Origin: Patescibacteria group bacterium
GTDB taxonomy: Bacteria; Patescibacteriota; Patescibacteriia; SG8-24
NCBI GenBank assembly: GCA_028714475.1
Contig: JAQTNC010000001.1
Coordinates: 86,678 to 150,677 of the forward strand
Length of the DNA: 64,000 nucleotides
Direction: 5' to 3'
The translations under genes and the position numbers were made by a program. Shown piece after piece: positions 42,245-51,210 of the stretch. Each line of letters begins with the position of its first letter. Position 1 is the first letter of the stretch. The notes beneath the pieces were generated by a model, which worked only from the letters and a program-made list of their open reading frames with translations, was not told the origin of the DNA and did no database searches.

Positions 42245-43711
42245 TCAACCCGTGAGCCCCCGAAAGAAATCCACAATGACCACCATGGCCTCGGTGTCGC
42301 GGGCGCAGTAGGCCAACATGTCCTTACGCAATTGGGCTTTCTCGCGCTTCGGCAGGTCCGGCGAGCACAGCTTCGGCCACATGGCCATGGCCGTGCCGCC
42401 CTCGTGGATTTCCAAGTCATCATAGGCCTTTTCCGGCGCGATGACCGGCAGGACGGCCTTGAGCGAGGCGCTGTTGCCGAACCGCGCGTCGTAGTAGTCA
42501 CCGCTTCGGACGATGGTGATGGGGTCGTAAAGGCGCGCGTTCACCCGCTCGAAGAAGCGGGCGTGTTTCGGCACGCGCTTGGCGACCAACTCGTTACAGC
42601 CGCGCTCGAACGAGGCGTTCCAGGCGACGACACTGCCTTTCGGCCCGATCTCCTTGGACAGCTGGGCCGCGAGCGCCGTCGCCGGATCGCCCCACTCGTC
42701 CGCCAAGAATTCGTAATGCTTCAGCTTGCCGCCGGGCTTGGCCTGGACATGCAGGGAATACTGGAACGGCAGGTATTGATACGGCCGATAACCATCAAAC
42801 GGCGGCAGTGCCGAGGCGTACGCCTCGTAGTCGAGATAATGGACAGGATATTCCAAGGGCTTCAGTTGCTCGGCAATCCCCTCGCGGATGACGCGCGGCT
42901 GGCCGCTCCGCACGGCCTCCCAATGCCAGTGGTCGCGCTTGTCGACGAGCATCTCGTCCGGCACGTCGGCGAGGCGAACGATGTCGCGATCGAGCAAATC
43001 GTTGAGCTGATCGGCCTTGAGCCTCGTCTCGTAAATGGATCGGTTCGGCACGTCGCGCCAGCAATACGGGATAAGCGGGCAATCGTACGGGTCGGAGCAT
43101 TGCTTGAGGATGCGCACGGCCGGCTCTTCCTTCGAAGCCAGCGTCTGGCGAGCGGCCGCGACGCCACGCCGCACCTGGCTCTCCAAAGCCACGACCTCGA
43201 TGGTCACGTCCTCGGCCACGAGCAGCTTGCCCGGTTCGATCTCGCCCTGCCGAACGTATTCGTTATTGATGTGCGTGACGTAACAGCGGCCGATTTTGAA
43301 GCCAGCCGATTCAATGACGTGTTTCTGGAACGCCAAATCCAGGGTATGAATTTCCTTCACCTGCGTTGAGCTCTTGATTTCGCAGATGTCCCAACGTCCG
43401 CCGGCGGCGCGGACCAGCACGTCCGAGCGCGCGTACAGGTCATCAACCAGGAACGCCGGCTGATAGAGAACGCGAGCGGACGTCGCCATGAGCGCAGCCG
43501 TGCGTTTCGGCCCATCAAAGAATTTTTCCCCCGAGCAGTCAACGTGTTCGGGAAACAGCTTGAGCGCCTCGCTTTCGACCAACGCACCGTCGGCAAACCG
43601 CCGCTCGGCATCCGCATCCAGCTCGGTTGGCAGCAAATCCTTGCGGTTCTTTTCGAGCCACAGATACTTGGCGCACTGGTCAAAATGAAGGTAATTGGAC
43701 TTGGTTATCAT
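42245..43711 (-). CDS. DUF2779 protein (PD-(D/E)XK-like N-terminus plus RNase H-like domain)
   Basis: ITKS.Y...QC.K.LWL, EIKSST, DLAFQ, C..PYDC....YC, LDYE, PFQYSLH, SLK.VLP, YC.RDT. Confidence 0.9.
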   Translation of the reverse strand: MITKSNYLHFDQCAKYLWLEKNRKDLLPTELDADAERRFADGALVESEALKLFPEHVDCSGEKFFDGPKRTAALMATSARVLYQPAFLVDDLYARSDVLVRAAGGRWDICEIKSSTQVKEIHTLDLAFQKHVIESAGFKIGRCYVTHINNEYVRQGEIEPGKLLVAEDVTIEVVALESQVRRGVAAARQTLASKEEPAVRILKQCSDPYDCPLIPYCWRDVPNRSIYETRLKADQLNDLLDRDIVRLADVPDEMLVDKRDHWHWEAVRSGQPRVIREGIAEQLKPLEYPVHYLDYEAYASALPPFDGYRPYQYLPFQYSLHVQAKPGGKLKHYEFLADEWGDPATALAAQLSKEIGPKGSVVAWNASFERGCNELVAKRVPKHARFFERVNARLYDPITIVRSGDYYDARFGNSASLKAVLPVIAPEKAYDDLEIHEGGTAMAMWPKLCSPDLPKREKAQLRKDMLAYCARDTEAMVVIVDFFRGLTG

Positions 43712-43799
43712 GGGGTGATTCTATCAGCCGCCCCACAAGAACGCCATCTTCGTTGGGACGACGCCGAACTGGACGCGGCTTGCCAGGCGAGACGGTCTT

Positions 43800-44585
43800 T
43801 CAGCTCGATATCGCGCGTCGCCACATCACGTCATAGACGCTTCTCATCATCGCCGTGATGTAATTATCCTCTATCTGGATGGCCATCGGCGCGTTCGGCT
43901 GCCAGAGGATGGTCTTGTTGGCGTACACCATGATGAGGGTGCTGAACGGCTCCATGTCGCGCAGAATCCGCGTCTCACGCAGTTCCTTGGCGTCCGCCGT
44001 TGCCAGCGTGTTTGTGTCGCCGCTCGGAAAAAGCAAGGCGCGCAAGTGCACGTTCAGGCGAACGCGGGCGTCGATCCAACGGCGTTCCTCCGCCCATGAG
44101 ACGAAGGCGATGAAATCCTGCGCCGAACCCATCACTAGAATCTCCTTGTTCGCCGCCTCCTCCACGCATTGGAAGAAGACCTTCAGGAACTGCTCCTTGC
44201 CCTGCAAGATGCGGACGGACGCGGGCAGCGAACCCTGCTGGTAGGCCGCGAGCAGGTCGGGCATGGCCCAAGCCAAGTGCTTGTCGGCTTCGGCCACGGC
44301 TTCCTGGTGCTTGCGCAAGAGTTCCTGCAATTTTGACGGCGGCTCCACGATAAACGTCCGCGCAAAACGCTTGCGGCTGGAGAAGTTCGCCAAGCCGCGC
44401 TTCTCCAGTTCAGAGATTATCTTATAGGCCTGCGGCCGCGAAATCCCGATTTGGGAAGCCAACACGGCAATCGAGGTCGGACCGAGTTTCAGCGACAGGC
44501 AATAAAGCAGGGTTTCCTGCCTCGATGCGCCGAGCTTGCGCAGGGAATCTGTCACGACTTCGTTCAATTCGTCTTGGCTAATCAT
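43800..44585 (-). CDS. TrmB-family transcriptional regulator
   Basis: N-terminal wHTH (LG.S..E..LY, ISRPQAY..I..L...GL, PP), effector domain ending VYDVMW. Confidence 0.88.
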   Translation of the reverse strand: MISQDELNEVVTDSLRKLGASRQETLLYCLSLKLGPTSIAVLASQIGISRPQAYKIISELEKRGLANFSSRKRFARTFIVEPPSKLQELLRKHQEAVAEADKHLAWAMPDLLAAYQQGSLPASVRILQGKEQFLKVFFQCVEEAANKEILVMGSAQDFIAFVSWAEERRWIDARVRLNVHLRALLFPSGDTNTLATADAKELRETRILRDMEPFSTLIMVYANKTILWQPNAPMAIQIEDNYITAMMRSVYDVMWRRAISS

Positions 44586-44603
44586 AGGTGAGATTATAAA
44601 AAT

Positions 44604-44688
44604 AGTGTAGCAAATTTTTTACAATGTGTCAAAACTTGACTAGTTTAAGCCTAAAATGATTGACAATAATGTTATTTTATGCTATCAT
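44604..44688. promoter_or_regulatory. Back-to-back divergent sigma70 promoters with candidate operator
   Basis: Minus: TTGACA(44632)-17-TACACT; plus: TTGACA(44660)-17-TATCAT; palindrome gtcaa-aac-ttgac at 44628-44640. Confidence 0.65.
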
Positions 44689-44717
44689 CTTCAGTTAATG
44701 ATTCACGTCTTCAATTT

Positions 44718-46172
44718 ATGGAACCCAAGAAATTCAAGAAACTCGTCATCCTCGATTCCGTCATCTTCTACCCCGAGCACCGCGAGGTTCTCAACCGCCT
44801 CGCCGAAGAGATCGTGGAGTACCCCTCAAGCCTGCCGGAACAGCTGGAGCGGCAGATGACGGAATCACCGGAACTGTTCAAGGAAAAACGATGCTATACG
44901 CAATTGGGTGCCGACAATACCCCGCTCCACCTCCTCATGAACCGAATCGAAGGCGCGGACGTCGTCGTCAGCTGCTGGACGAACATCCCGGATGAGATCC
45001 TGCGGCTGAACCCGCAACTGAAGCTGGTTGTCTTTTGGACCCACGAAAAGGAACACCGCATCAACATGGGTCTGGCGGAAGAACTGGGCATCACGGTGAC
45101 GAACATCCCGGATTACGGAACGGACGCCGTGGCCGAAGTCGTCTTCGCCGGCCTGCTGGAACTCCATTACCGGAACAGGCCGTTCGCCGCCGGGGAGCCT
45201 GACGGCGAAGCGATGGCTTACGCCGTCCTGCACCGGCTGTTTCGCGATTACCGGAAGCTGCCGGCGAACGAGAAGGACACACGCGCGGGCAAATTCACCC
45301 ACCATTTCCATAAGTTGGGGATGATTGACTTCAACGACCTCGACGAGAAGAGGCTGTCGAGTCTCATCCCAGAACGGCTCATCGAAGGCCGACGGGTTGG
45401 AATACTCGGCCTCCAGCAGGCCGAAGTGGTGATGCGGGTCTTGAGTGCCTTCGGCGTCGCCTGCGAGACCTGGACGCCAGGCGATTCCAGTTCAGCGGAA
45501 TTCTACAAGTTCATGAGCGGAAACGAGGTGGTATTCTGCGACAGCACCCGCCTCACGGAAACGGAGAGGCTCAAGGCTCAACACCTGAAAGGCCGTCTCC
45601 TTGTTGACGTCAATTCGCTGCGGGCAGTCCCCATACCCGTCAGCGGAAGTACGTTCGGCGTGGTCGGTCTCGGACGAATCGGCACCCGCGTCGCATTGAT
45701 TGCCAAGAAGCTCGGGTATCGCGTCATTTACCACTCTCGGACCAGGAAACCGGAAATCGAAACGCGTTTCGGGCTGGAGTACGCGTCCCTGCGCGAGCTC
45801 GCGGAAAACGCGGACATCGTTTCCGTGCATGTCCCTGCTCACAAGGCGGACGGCTTCATCGATGCGGAGCTGATCGGCCGGCTGAAAACGGGCGGCATCT
45901 TCATCAACACGGCGGACGGCAACGCGGTTGACCAACCGGCGCTGACGCAAAGGATGCGAACCGGATCAACGCTGGCGTTCCTAGACGTTTATCCGGGGCT
46001 TCCGCGCAAGGACATCCTCGGCCTTGAGATGGAAGACAAATCGGCCTGGAAAATCAAGAGCGATCTGCCTAACCACGTGTTTGGCTACCGATCAGGATGG
46101 AAAACGCGAGAATCCATCCGCGTGAAGACCTATAAATTGCTCGGCACATTAACGGAAAAACTGTATGCATGA
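44718..46172 (+). CDS. Atypical D-isomer-specific 2-hydroxyacid dehydrogenase-like protein
   Basis: GITVTNIPDYGTDAVAE, GVVGLGRIG, ADIVSVHVP, FINTADG, LDVYP. Confidence 0.85.
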   Translation: MEPKKFKKLVILDSVIFYPEHREVLNRLAEEIVEYPSSLPEQLERQMTESPELFKEKRCYTQLGADNTPLHLLMNRIEGADVVVSCWTNIPDEILRLNPQLKLVVFWTHEKEHRINMGLAEELGITVTNIPDYGTDAVAEVVFAGLLELHYRNRPFAAGEPDGEAMAYAVLHRLFRDYRKLPANEKDTRAGKFTHHFHKLGMIDFNDLDEKRLSSLIPERLIEGRRVGILGLQQAEVVMRVLSAFGVACETWTPGDSSSAEFYKFMSGNEVVFCDSTRLTETERLKAQHLKGRLLVDVNSLRAVPIPVSGSTFGVVGLGRIGTRVALIAKKLGYRVIYHSRTRKPEIETRFGLEYASLRELAENADIVSVHVPAHKADGFIDAELIGRLKTGGIFINTADGNAVDQPALTQRMRTGSTLAFLDVYPGLPRKDILGLEMEDKSAWKIKSDLPNHVFGYRSGWKTRESIRVKTYKLLGTLTEKLYA

Positions 46173-47682
46173 GAAGGAGAAGTCAGTGAAGACGACGTTC
46201 AACCGGCTGAAAGGCTATTACGACCGGACGTGGGATCCGGCTGAGCACACGCTCCATGTCGGGCTGTTCAGCCGGACGACCCGCACCTTGGAAAAGGCCT
46301 ATGCGGCCGCGACGGATGACCTGATTCGGCGGGTCAATGCCCTGCGGCCGCTTGATGCCGAGTCGTCCGTATTGGACGTTGGCTGTGGAGCCGGCCGAAC
46401 GCTGATTTCGATCTGCGAACGTTTCGGCGCGAGAGGCGTCGGCATCGACATCAGCGAGGAGCAGGTGAAGGATGCCCGGCATCATCTTGCCCAGGTGAAC
46501 AAGGCGCGGGCAAAGGCCGACCACGCTCCTTTACGCGTGACCTTCGTATGCGGCACGGCGAGCGATTTAGGGTCGGCGGGGTTGGAAGGGCAACGTTTCT
46601 CACACGTCATCAGCCAGGACGCAATCTTGCTGGTACTGGACAAACAGGCGTTGTTCAATTCGTTATTCCAACTGATGGAACCGGGCGGTGTCCTCGGCAT
46701 CGCTGATTTCCTGGAGCAAGGCGGCGCAGGGTCTGTTAAAGAAAGGAAGCTCGTCTATGACCTCGTCCATTGGGAAAAAGGTCTGTCGTTCGGGATGTAT
46801 CGGCGCTTGCTGAAGCAGACCGGATTCGCCGTCGTGACCGCAAGACGCCGGGATGCGCACATGATCAGGACCTACGAGGCGTTGGCCAAGCAGATGGACG
46901 AGCGGCTGATGTCAAAAGACGGCACTTACCGGGAATTGCGAAATCGCTACCTGCAGATCGTGTCCTCGGTCAGGGCCGGAAAGATGGGCTGGGGGCTATT
47001 CCTGTCCCGGAAAAACCCGACGAAGACCGTCCTGATTGCCGGAACCAAACGAAAATCCATCGGAAGATACGTCGGCAAGGAACTGCAGCGCCGAGGTTGG
47101 GATGTCTGGCTTTACAGCCGTCATGCGAAATACGTGGAGCGGCCCGATTGGCACGAGAGGCCGTGCGACATAACATCTGATGCGCAAATCACCCGGCTCC
47201 TCAAGGAAATGCCGCCGGTTAACCTCTCCCTATTCATGGCGGACACGGGCGGCCACTTCCTACTGGAAGAAATGAATGAAGACAACACGAGAGCCTTGTT
47301 GGACGCCAAGCTGGTCGGTTCGGTTTTACTGACCAAGGCGCTCCTGAAAAAGCGTCCGCGCGGCTCCAAGACAAAACTTGTTTGGTGCGCTGGCAAGACA
47401 TCCGGGAAGAATAAACGGCTGATGCTTTACAGCGTCGTCAATTCCGGCCTCGCGTCATTCGTTGAAGCGCTGAACGAACATCGTGGGGATGAGGTCGAGG
47501 CCTATTACCTGATGACGCCGCTCATCTCGCCTTCAACGCTCGGCGACGCCTATATCGCGGAGGTTGGTTCGGCGGCGCGTCGGCAGGCCTACCATCCAAG
47601 TACGATTATGAAAAAAATCGACACCATCATCGGAGGTCGGGTGACGACCGGAATCGTTGGGTCAAAAGAAAAAATTATTTGA
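46165..47682 (+). CDS. SAM-dependent methyltransferase fused to an SDR-like Rossmann domain
   Basis: LHVGLF, VLDVGCGAG, GIDIS, SQDA, PGG...IAD; C-terminal VLIAG...SIG, CDIT, YSVVN. Confidence 0.85.
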   Translation: MHEKEKSVKTTFNRLKGYYDRTWDPAEHTLHVGLFSRTTRTLEKAYAAATDDLIRRVNALRPLDAESSVLDVGCGAGRTLISICERFGARGVGIDISEEQVKDARHHLAQVNKARAKADHAPLRVTFVCGTASDLGSAGLEGQRFSHVISQDAILLVLDKQALFNSLFQLMEPGGVLGIADFLEQGGAGSVKERKLVYDLVHWEKGLSFGMYRRLLKQTGFAVVTARRRDAHMIRTYEALAKQMDERLMSKDGTYRELRNRYLQIVSSVRAGKMGWGLFLSRKNPTKTVLIAGTKRKSIGRYVGKELQRRGWDVWLYSRHAKYVERPDWHERPCDITSDAQITRLLKEMPPVNLSLFMADTGGHFLLEEMNEDNTRALLDAKLVGSVLLTKALLKKRPRGSKTKLVWCAGKTSGKNKRLMLYSVVNSGLASFVEALNEHRGDEVEAYYLMTPLISPSTLGDAYIAEVGSAARRQAYHPSTIMKKIDTIIGGRVTTGIVGSKEKII

Positions 47683-47875
47683 GGGGCACTTTCAAAAAAG
47701 CCTGGGGTGGCTTGGTTAAGCCAACTGGTGATTCTGGTTCTAACGTCCTCAATCTTGCCGCCGGGCATTGACGAAACCCTTCCTCTGGGCGTCTTCAGTG
47801 ATACAATGGGGCAAAGATATTTGGCGACTAGCCCAGCCAATCGGCCCTACAAACTACAAACCACAAACTGACCCT

Positions 47876-49558
47876 ATGCCCTTCTCCCCCGAGGAACGCG
47901 CCCTCCTGGAACCCTACGTCACCGACTGCGAACGCGATGTTTTCGCCGTGCGCAACCTGAACGGCATCGTCGGCGCGGTCTACGCGCGCTACAGCCGCGC
48001 GGCCACCGGCTTCCGCGAGACCCTGCTCAAGGAATTCGTCGAGGCCGGCGAGCTCGACATGAGCAAGGCGCAGGATCTCATCGAGCGCGTGCTCATCGCC
48101 TTCGGCGACGATTCGATCGGCGAACTCGAAGGGGCGCACGTCTCCTTCGAGAACATCTCCATCCTCGCGACCAAGGAAATCGAGGACCGGCGCATCGGCG
48201 GCTCACCCATCGAGAAATCCACGCGCTACGTCATTTATGACCAGCCGGGGCCGGACGGGTACTTCCGCTATTACCGCGACCCGGCCGTGGCCGCCTCGCC
48301 GCTCGGCGCTAAGTATGACGAGACGATGGGCTTCATCTTCCGCACCTACGCCGAACTCGTGGAGCCGATGCAGGACTATTACCGCGGGCTCAAGCCGATG
48401 GAGGAAGCAGAGTACGACATCAACGGCGACGGCGTCAAGGAACGCCTGACTGACTGTGAAAAGGAAGCCGACCAGAAGGCCTTCCGCCGCACCTACCAGA
48501 ACGACATCCGCACCAAGGCCTGCGACGCCTTGCGCTATCTCCTGCCCGTCGCCACGCTGACCAACGTCGGTGTCTTCGGCAACGGCCGCTTCTTCCAGAA
48601 CGTGCTCACCCACTGCTATACGAGCGCCCTGCCGGAAGCCCAGCGCCTCGCCGAGGCGACGCACGAGGAGCTGAACAAAATCATCCCGCGCTACGTGAAG
48701 CGCGCGGCCAAGCAGGAATACAATGCCGCCAACCATGAACGCATGCGCCGTTTCACCGCCGCCCTGCTCGCGGGAACCAAACCGGAGACATCCGATGAGG
48801 TTGAACTAATCGACCGCGGCGAGGCCGCCATCGCGGAACGGCTGTCCCAAGGACCGGTGGACGTTGCCGCCGTGCGCGCCGCGCTCCAAGGCGAGGACGA
48901 CGCACTGCTCATCGCGGCCATGCTCTTCCCGTATGCCGAACATCCGCTGGGACAGCTGCACCGTTTCGTGAGCGGCCTCGCGCCGGAACAGCGCCAGGTC
49001 ATCGTGGACAACTTCATCGGCGAACGCCGCAACCGCCGTGACCGCCCGGGGCGGCCGATGGAAACCGGCTACCCGTGGACGTTCGACATGCTCACCGACT
49101 TCGGCACTTACAAGGATTTGATGCGGCACCGCGTCACCACCCAGCTCCGCCAGAAATTCACGCCCAAGCTCGGCTTCGCCGTGCCGCCTGATCTTGAGGC
49201 AGCCGGTTTCGCCCACCGCGCGCTCGAATGCCGCGACCGCGCCGCCGAGCTCTACGACGCGCTCCTGCCGGAATTCCCCGAACAGGCCAGTTACGCCACG
49301 CTCCACGGTTCGCTCGTCCGCTGGGTCATCGGCTTCAACGACCGCGAGGCCGTCCACCTCATCGAGTTGCGCACCACGCCCCAGGGCCACCCGTCCTACC
49401 GGAAAGTCGCCCAACTGCTCCACCGAGCCATGGCCGCCCGGTCGCCGTGGCGCGCCGCCATCCTCAAGTTCGTCGACCACAACGATTACTTCTGGAGCCG
49501 CGCCGATTCCGAAGCCCGCCAGCGGGCCCAGGAACGCGCGCTTGACGAGAAAAAATGA
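47876..49558 (+). CDS. thyX: FAD-dependent thymidylate synthase, long two-domain form
   Basis: ARYSR, FGDDSIGEL, EKSTRY, D.LRYLLP, KDLMRHR, ELRT.PQGHPSYR. Confidence 0.92.
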   Translation: MPFSPEERALLEPYVTDCERDVFAVRNLNGIVGAVYARYSRAATGFRETLLKEFVEAGELDMSKAQDLIERVLIAFGDDSIGELEGAHVSFENISILATKEIEDRRIGGSPIEKSTRYVIYDQPGPDGYFRYYRDPAVAASPLGAKYDETMGFIFRTYAELVEPMQDYYRGLKPMEEAEYDINGDGVKERLTDCEKEADQKAFRRTYQNDIRTKACDALRYLLPVATLTNVGVFGNGRFFQNVLTHCYTSALPEAQRLAEATHEELNKIIPRYVKRAAKQEYNAANHERMRRFTAALLAGTKPETSDEVELIDRGEAAIAERLSQGPVDVAAVRAALQGEDDALLIAAMLFPYAEHPLGQLHRFVSGLAPEQRQVIVDNFIGERRNRRDRPGRPMETGYPWTFDMLTDFGTYKDLMRHRVTTQLRQKFTPKLGFAVPPDLEAAGFAHRALECRDRAAELYDALLPEFPEQASYATLHGSLVRWVIGFNDREAVHLIELRTTPQGHPSYRKVAQLLHRAMAARSPWRAAILKFVDHNDYFWSRADSEARQRAQERALDEKK

Positions 49559-49559
49559 T

Positions 49560-50237
49560 ATGCCGACCAAGGGAAAATTTTTCGTCATCGACGGCACCGA
49601 CGGATCGGGCAAGAAGACGCAGACCGAATTGATGGTGGAAAAACTGCGCGCCTCCGGCCGCCGCGTCGAGACCGTCAGCTTTCCGCGATACGGCAAGCAG
49701 AGTTGTTCCGCGGTCAGCGACTACTTGAGCGGCCGTTTCGGCGCGGCGCACGAAGTCGATCCCAAAGTCGCCTCGATGTTCTACGCCATGGACCGCTACG
49801 ACGCCAGTCCGCAGATCCGCGCCTGGCTCGATGAAGGCGCCATCGTCATTGCCGACCGTTACGTCAGCTCCAACATGGGCCACCAGTGCGGCAAGATCGG
49901 CGACCCCGAAGGACGCGAGGCCTGCATCCGCTGGAACAAGGAGTTGGAATATGGCCTGTTAAACCTCCCCCGCCCCGACCTCACCGTCATCCTGCACGTG
50001 CCGGCGGAAATCTACCTGCGTCTGCTCAAGGAACGCGACGGCGAGCATCAGGACATCCACCAGGCCGACCCCGAACACCTGAAGAATGCCGAAGAAACCT
50101 ACCTGGAAATCGCCAAGAGCGATGCCCAGTACCGCCTCGTCGAGTGCGCGCCGGAAGGCGTTCTCCTTAGCCGCGAGGCCATCCACGAGCTTGTCTGGCA
50201 GGAGGTCGAAAAAACGTTGACACAGGCTGACGGGTAA
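49560..50237 (+). CDS. tmk: Thymidylate kinase (copy 1)
   Basis: DGTDGSGKKTQ, SFPRY, YAMDR, DRYVSSN..HQ, PRPD. Confidence 0.93.
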   Translation: MPTKGKFFVIDGTDGSGKKTQTELMVEKLRASGRRVETVSFPRYGKQSCSAVSDYLSGRFGAAHEVDPKVASMFYAMDRYDASPQIRAWLDEGAIVIADRYVSSNMGHQCGKIGDPEGREACIRWNKELEYGLLNLPRPDLTVILHVPAEIYLRLLKERDGEHQDIHQADPEHLKNAEETYLEIAKSDAQYRLVECAPEGVLLSREAIHELVWQEVEKTLTQADG

Positions 50238-50271
50238 GCCGAAGCCAGGCCGGAAAGCACAATAAAATATG

Positions 50272-50325
50272 CCCTGAGCCTGTCGAAGGGCGTATTTTTT
50301 GCATTCCCTTCGACTTCGCTCAGGG
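50272..50325. repeat. Palindromic repeat doublet
   Basis: ccctgagcctgtcgaaggg ... cccttcgacttcgctcaggg. Confidence 0.8.
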
Positions 50326-50422
50326 AATATAAGACATCAATACTTATCCACAGTTTTTCCTTTGTCTTTACCTCGCCCGGCCAGTAAAATTTTGGCACAA
50401 ACAAACAGCCGGGAGACAAAAG

Positions 50423-51109
50423 ATGTCCGACAAAAGAAATGGCTTGTTCGTTGTCATCGATGGTCCGGACGGAACGGGCAAACACACCCAGGTCGTCAAA
50501 CTCGAAGTGCGCATGCATGCCGAAAATCTAGAGCCCATTGAACAGGCGAGCTTCCCGCGCTACGGCGAACGCAGCTGCGAGCTCGTAAAGATGTACCTGG
50601 GCAACGAATTCGGCCCAGCTGCGAGTCTGGATCCGCGCATCGCTTCCGTTTTTTTTGCGGTCGATCGTTTTGCCGCCAGGCAAAAAATGGTCGAAGTCCT
50701 GTCGGCCGGAGGAATCATACTCTCTGACCGGTTTGTCTCGGCCAACGCCGGCCACCAGTGTTGCAAGATCGACGACCCTGACGCGCGCCGCGCCTTCCTG
50801 CGGTGGCTCGACGAATTCGAATTCGGGCTCATGCAATTGCCACGCCCGGACATCACGCTCATTCTCACCCTGCCGCTCGATATCATCCAGCGCCGGCTCC
50901 AGGCGCGCGACGGCGATAAGCAGGACGGCCACCAGGCCGACCCGAACCACCTCGCCAGGGCACTCATTGCCTACGAGGAGATCGCCCAGCAGTCTGGCTA
51001 TCGCCGCATCGATTGCGCGCCGGGCGGCCGCGAGCTGTCCGAGCAGGAGGTCCATGAACTCATCTGGCGCGAGGTCGAGCCTTTGTACCGCGCCCATCGC
51101 CCAACCTGA
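50423..51109 (+). CDS. tmk: Thymidylate kinase (copy 2)
   Basis: DGPDGTGKHTQ, SFPRY, FAVDR, DRFVSAN..HQ, PRPD. Confidence 0.88.
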   Translation: MSDKRNGLFVVIDGPDGTGKHTQVVKLEVRMHAENLEPIEQASFPRYGERSCELVKMYLGNEFGPAASLDPRIASVFFAVDRFAARQKMVEVLSAGGIILSDRFVSANAGHQCCKIDDPDARRAFLRWLDEFEFGLMQLPRPDITLILTLPLDIIQRRLQARDGDKQDGHQADPNHLARALIAYEEIAQQSGYRRIDCAPGGRELSEQEVHELIWREVEPLYRAHRPT

Positions 51110-51210
51110 CCGTCAAGGTCACCAATCCGTCCGTTTGTGCCGAACCGCGGCGCGAACGGACGGCTTTTGTTGACGGACCACCCGGTCTGCTATACTTGAA
51201 CCAGAATCCT

